Assembly: GCF_009914755.1 (NCBI RefSeq)
Contig: NC_060928.1
Strand: one strand, 5' to 3'
Length of the DNA: 64,000 nucleotides
Source of the DNA: the human T2T-CHM13v2.0 reference genome, Homo sapiens
This document shows, one piece after another, positions 62,026 through 64,000 of this stretch (positions within the stretch are counted from its first letter, which is position 1; each line of letters begins with the position of its first letter). A program made the translations under genes and the position numbers. A model generated the notes under the pieces. That model saw only the letters and a program-made list of their open reading frames with translations, did not search any database and was not told the origin of the DNA.

Positions 62026-63102
62026 CCTTTTTGTTGATACATAATATTTACATATTTATGAGCTATATTTGATACATTCTTACATATGGAGAGTGTGTAA
62101 TGATCAAGTCAGGAATTTGGTGTATCCATCACCTTAAGTATTTATCATTTCTATGTGTTAGGAACATTTCAAGTTTTCTCTTCCAGCTACTTTGAAATAT
62201 ACAATATATCATTGGTAATTATAGTCACCCTACTCTGCTACCTAACATTAGAACTTATGCCTTGTATCTAAATGTATATTTGTACTCATTGACCAACCTC
62301 TCTTTATCCCCTCCTCCCACCCACACAACCTTTCCAGCTTCTGGTATGCATCATTCTACTGTCTCCCTTCATGAGATCAACTTTTTTAGCTCCCACATAT
62401 GAATGAGGATATGTTATATGTGTCCTTCTGTGTCTGCCTTATTTGACTTAATATAATGACCTATAGGTTAATCTACGTTGTCACAAATCATGTGATTTCA
62501 TTTTTTTGGCCAAATAATATAAATATACCACATTTCCTTTATCCATTTGTCCACTGAAACCTTGGTTGATTCTGTATCTTAGATATTATGAATAGTGTTG
62601 TGTTAAATATGCCGGTGCAAGTATCCTTTTGATAGACCATTTTTTTCCCCTTTGGATAAATACCCAGGAGTGGGATTGCTGGATTGTGTAGGAGTTCTAT
62701 TTTTAGATTTTTAAAGAAATCTTCATGCTGTTTTTCATAAAACGATTGTGCTAATTTACATTACCAACAGTGTATAAGAAGTCCTTTTTTTCTTCATCCT
62801 TGCCACCATCTGTTATTTTTTTGTCTTTTTAATAACAGCTACTCTAACTAGAATAAGATATTATCTCATCATGGTTTGCTATGCATTTCCCTAATGACTA
62901 GAGATGTTGAGCATTTTTTTATATACTTGTTGGTCACTTGCATTTCTTCTTTTGAAAAATTGCTATTTATGTCCTTTGCTCAGTTCTTAATATCATTTTA
63001 AAGTTTTGTTTTAGTGTTGAGTTGTTTAAGTTCCTTATATGTTTTGGATATTGGTCCTTTGTCCAATGAATAGTTTGCAAATATTTTCTTTCATTCAACA
63101 GA
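62026..63102 (-). mobile_element. L1MA 3' fragment (3'UTR plus ORF2 end)
   Basis: TGTAATGATCAAGTCAGG...TATCCATCACCTTAAG, CCCAGGAGTGGGATTGCTGGAT and GATGTTGAGCATTTTTT. Confidence 0.88.
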
Positions 63103-63649
63103 ATGGATATGATAGATCTTTCTGTAGACCAAAGCACCTACTAGGAGGTCTTCTACAATGCAATCATTTAATTAATCTTGATGGCATTTGCTATTGGCAA
63201 AATTATTGCAAATCTTTAAAAACTGTTTATCTTTATATATTGAAATGTGTTGTGTGGTAATATTCGCTCAGAAGAATGCTAATAAGAAATGTCATTTGAA
63301 AAATTCTAAATTATTTAAAAAATTCCCCACCATTTTAATAGATGTCTCAGTGAGTGAACTTTGTTTAGTAGAAAATCTACAATGGCACTTCCCTGAAGAT
63401 TGAAATTCAACTCAGAATATGCTTTTGAAATTTAAAGTACTTTCATCTTAATGTTTTAAATTTCATGGACATTGACAACCCTATTTATATGTTTAGCTGA
63501 ATAAGGGTTCCTGGTAACAATGGGAAACAATTTGAAATGATTTTTATAGGTGTTGAGGTGTATCTGTCTGTGAACTTTGTCTACAGTTTATAAAAAAAGA
63601 AGTCAAGTTCAATTATCCATTTTTTTTAGATTTTGTCCTTGATGTGGGA

Positions 63650-63813
63650 ATATATATATATGTATAAGTATATATATATATATGTATAAGTATGTGTATG
63701 TATATATGTGTATGTGTGTGTATATATATACATTGTATATATATATACACACATTGTATATATATATACATTGTGTATATATATATATACATTGTGTATA
63801 TATATATACACAT

Positions 63814-63877
<64 letters not shown>

Positions 63878-63880
63878 ATG
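63650..63880. repeat. Compound (TA)n/(TG)n/(CA)n repeat with five CATTG-containing units and a terminal perfect palindrome
   Basis: Read directly; CATTG at 63731, 63752, 63769, 63790 and 63811. Confidence 0.95.
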
Positions 63881-64000
63881 AACAAGGGAAAACAGGAGAA
63901 AAAGTTGTTTCAAAGCCATTATTTGAAATGTTTAAGTTTGGATCAGAGGCAAATGAAACTACGAAACAATGTTTAAGTCAATGATCTAAAGATAGCCAGC

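Noticed and set aside
63609-63984. YI/YT/CV-rich ORFs (also 60-347 and 11237-11570)
   Set aside because: They are stop-free frames through microsatellites.

Overview
This is AT-rich, CpG-poor primate genomic DNA, probably human or another catarrhine given the AluY, L1PA, THE1 and MADE1 content. It looks intergenic or deep intronic: I found no host protein-coding exon, RNA gene or CpG island. The recognisable content is transposon fossils. These are a 5.5-kb 5'-truncated L1PA with a 14-bp TSD, a near full-length Tigger1, a complete THE1 provirus, 15 Alus or Alu fragments, many MaLR/ERVL/ERV1 solo LTRs, old L1M/L2/MIR debris and microsatellites. The ORF track is explained by repeats or chance. 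I found no novel multi-gene system. The most interesting signals are structural: (i) a 25-bp-arm, pre-miRNA-sized hairpin in apparently unique DNA; (ii) a THE1 provirus whose two LTRs carry different subfamily signatures; (iii) fold-back or template-switch scars (a new palindrome inside an Alu, a 70-bp perfect palindrome, a compensatory pair in MADE1); (iv) a head-to-head LTR fusion; (v) a close inverted Alu pair. Subfamily names come from my recall of consensus sequences and need RepeatMasker/Dfam confirmation.
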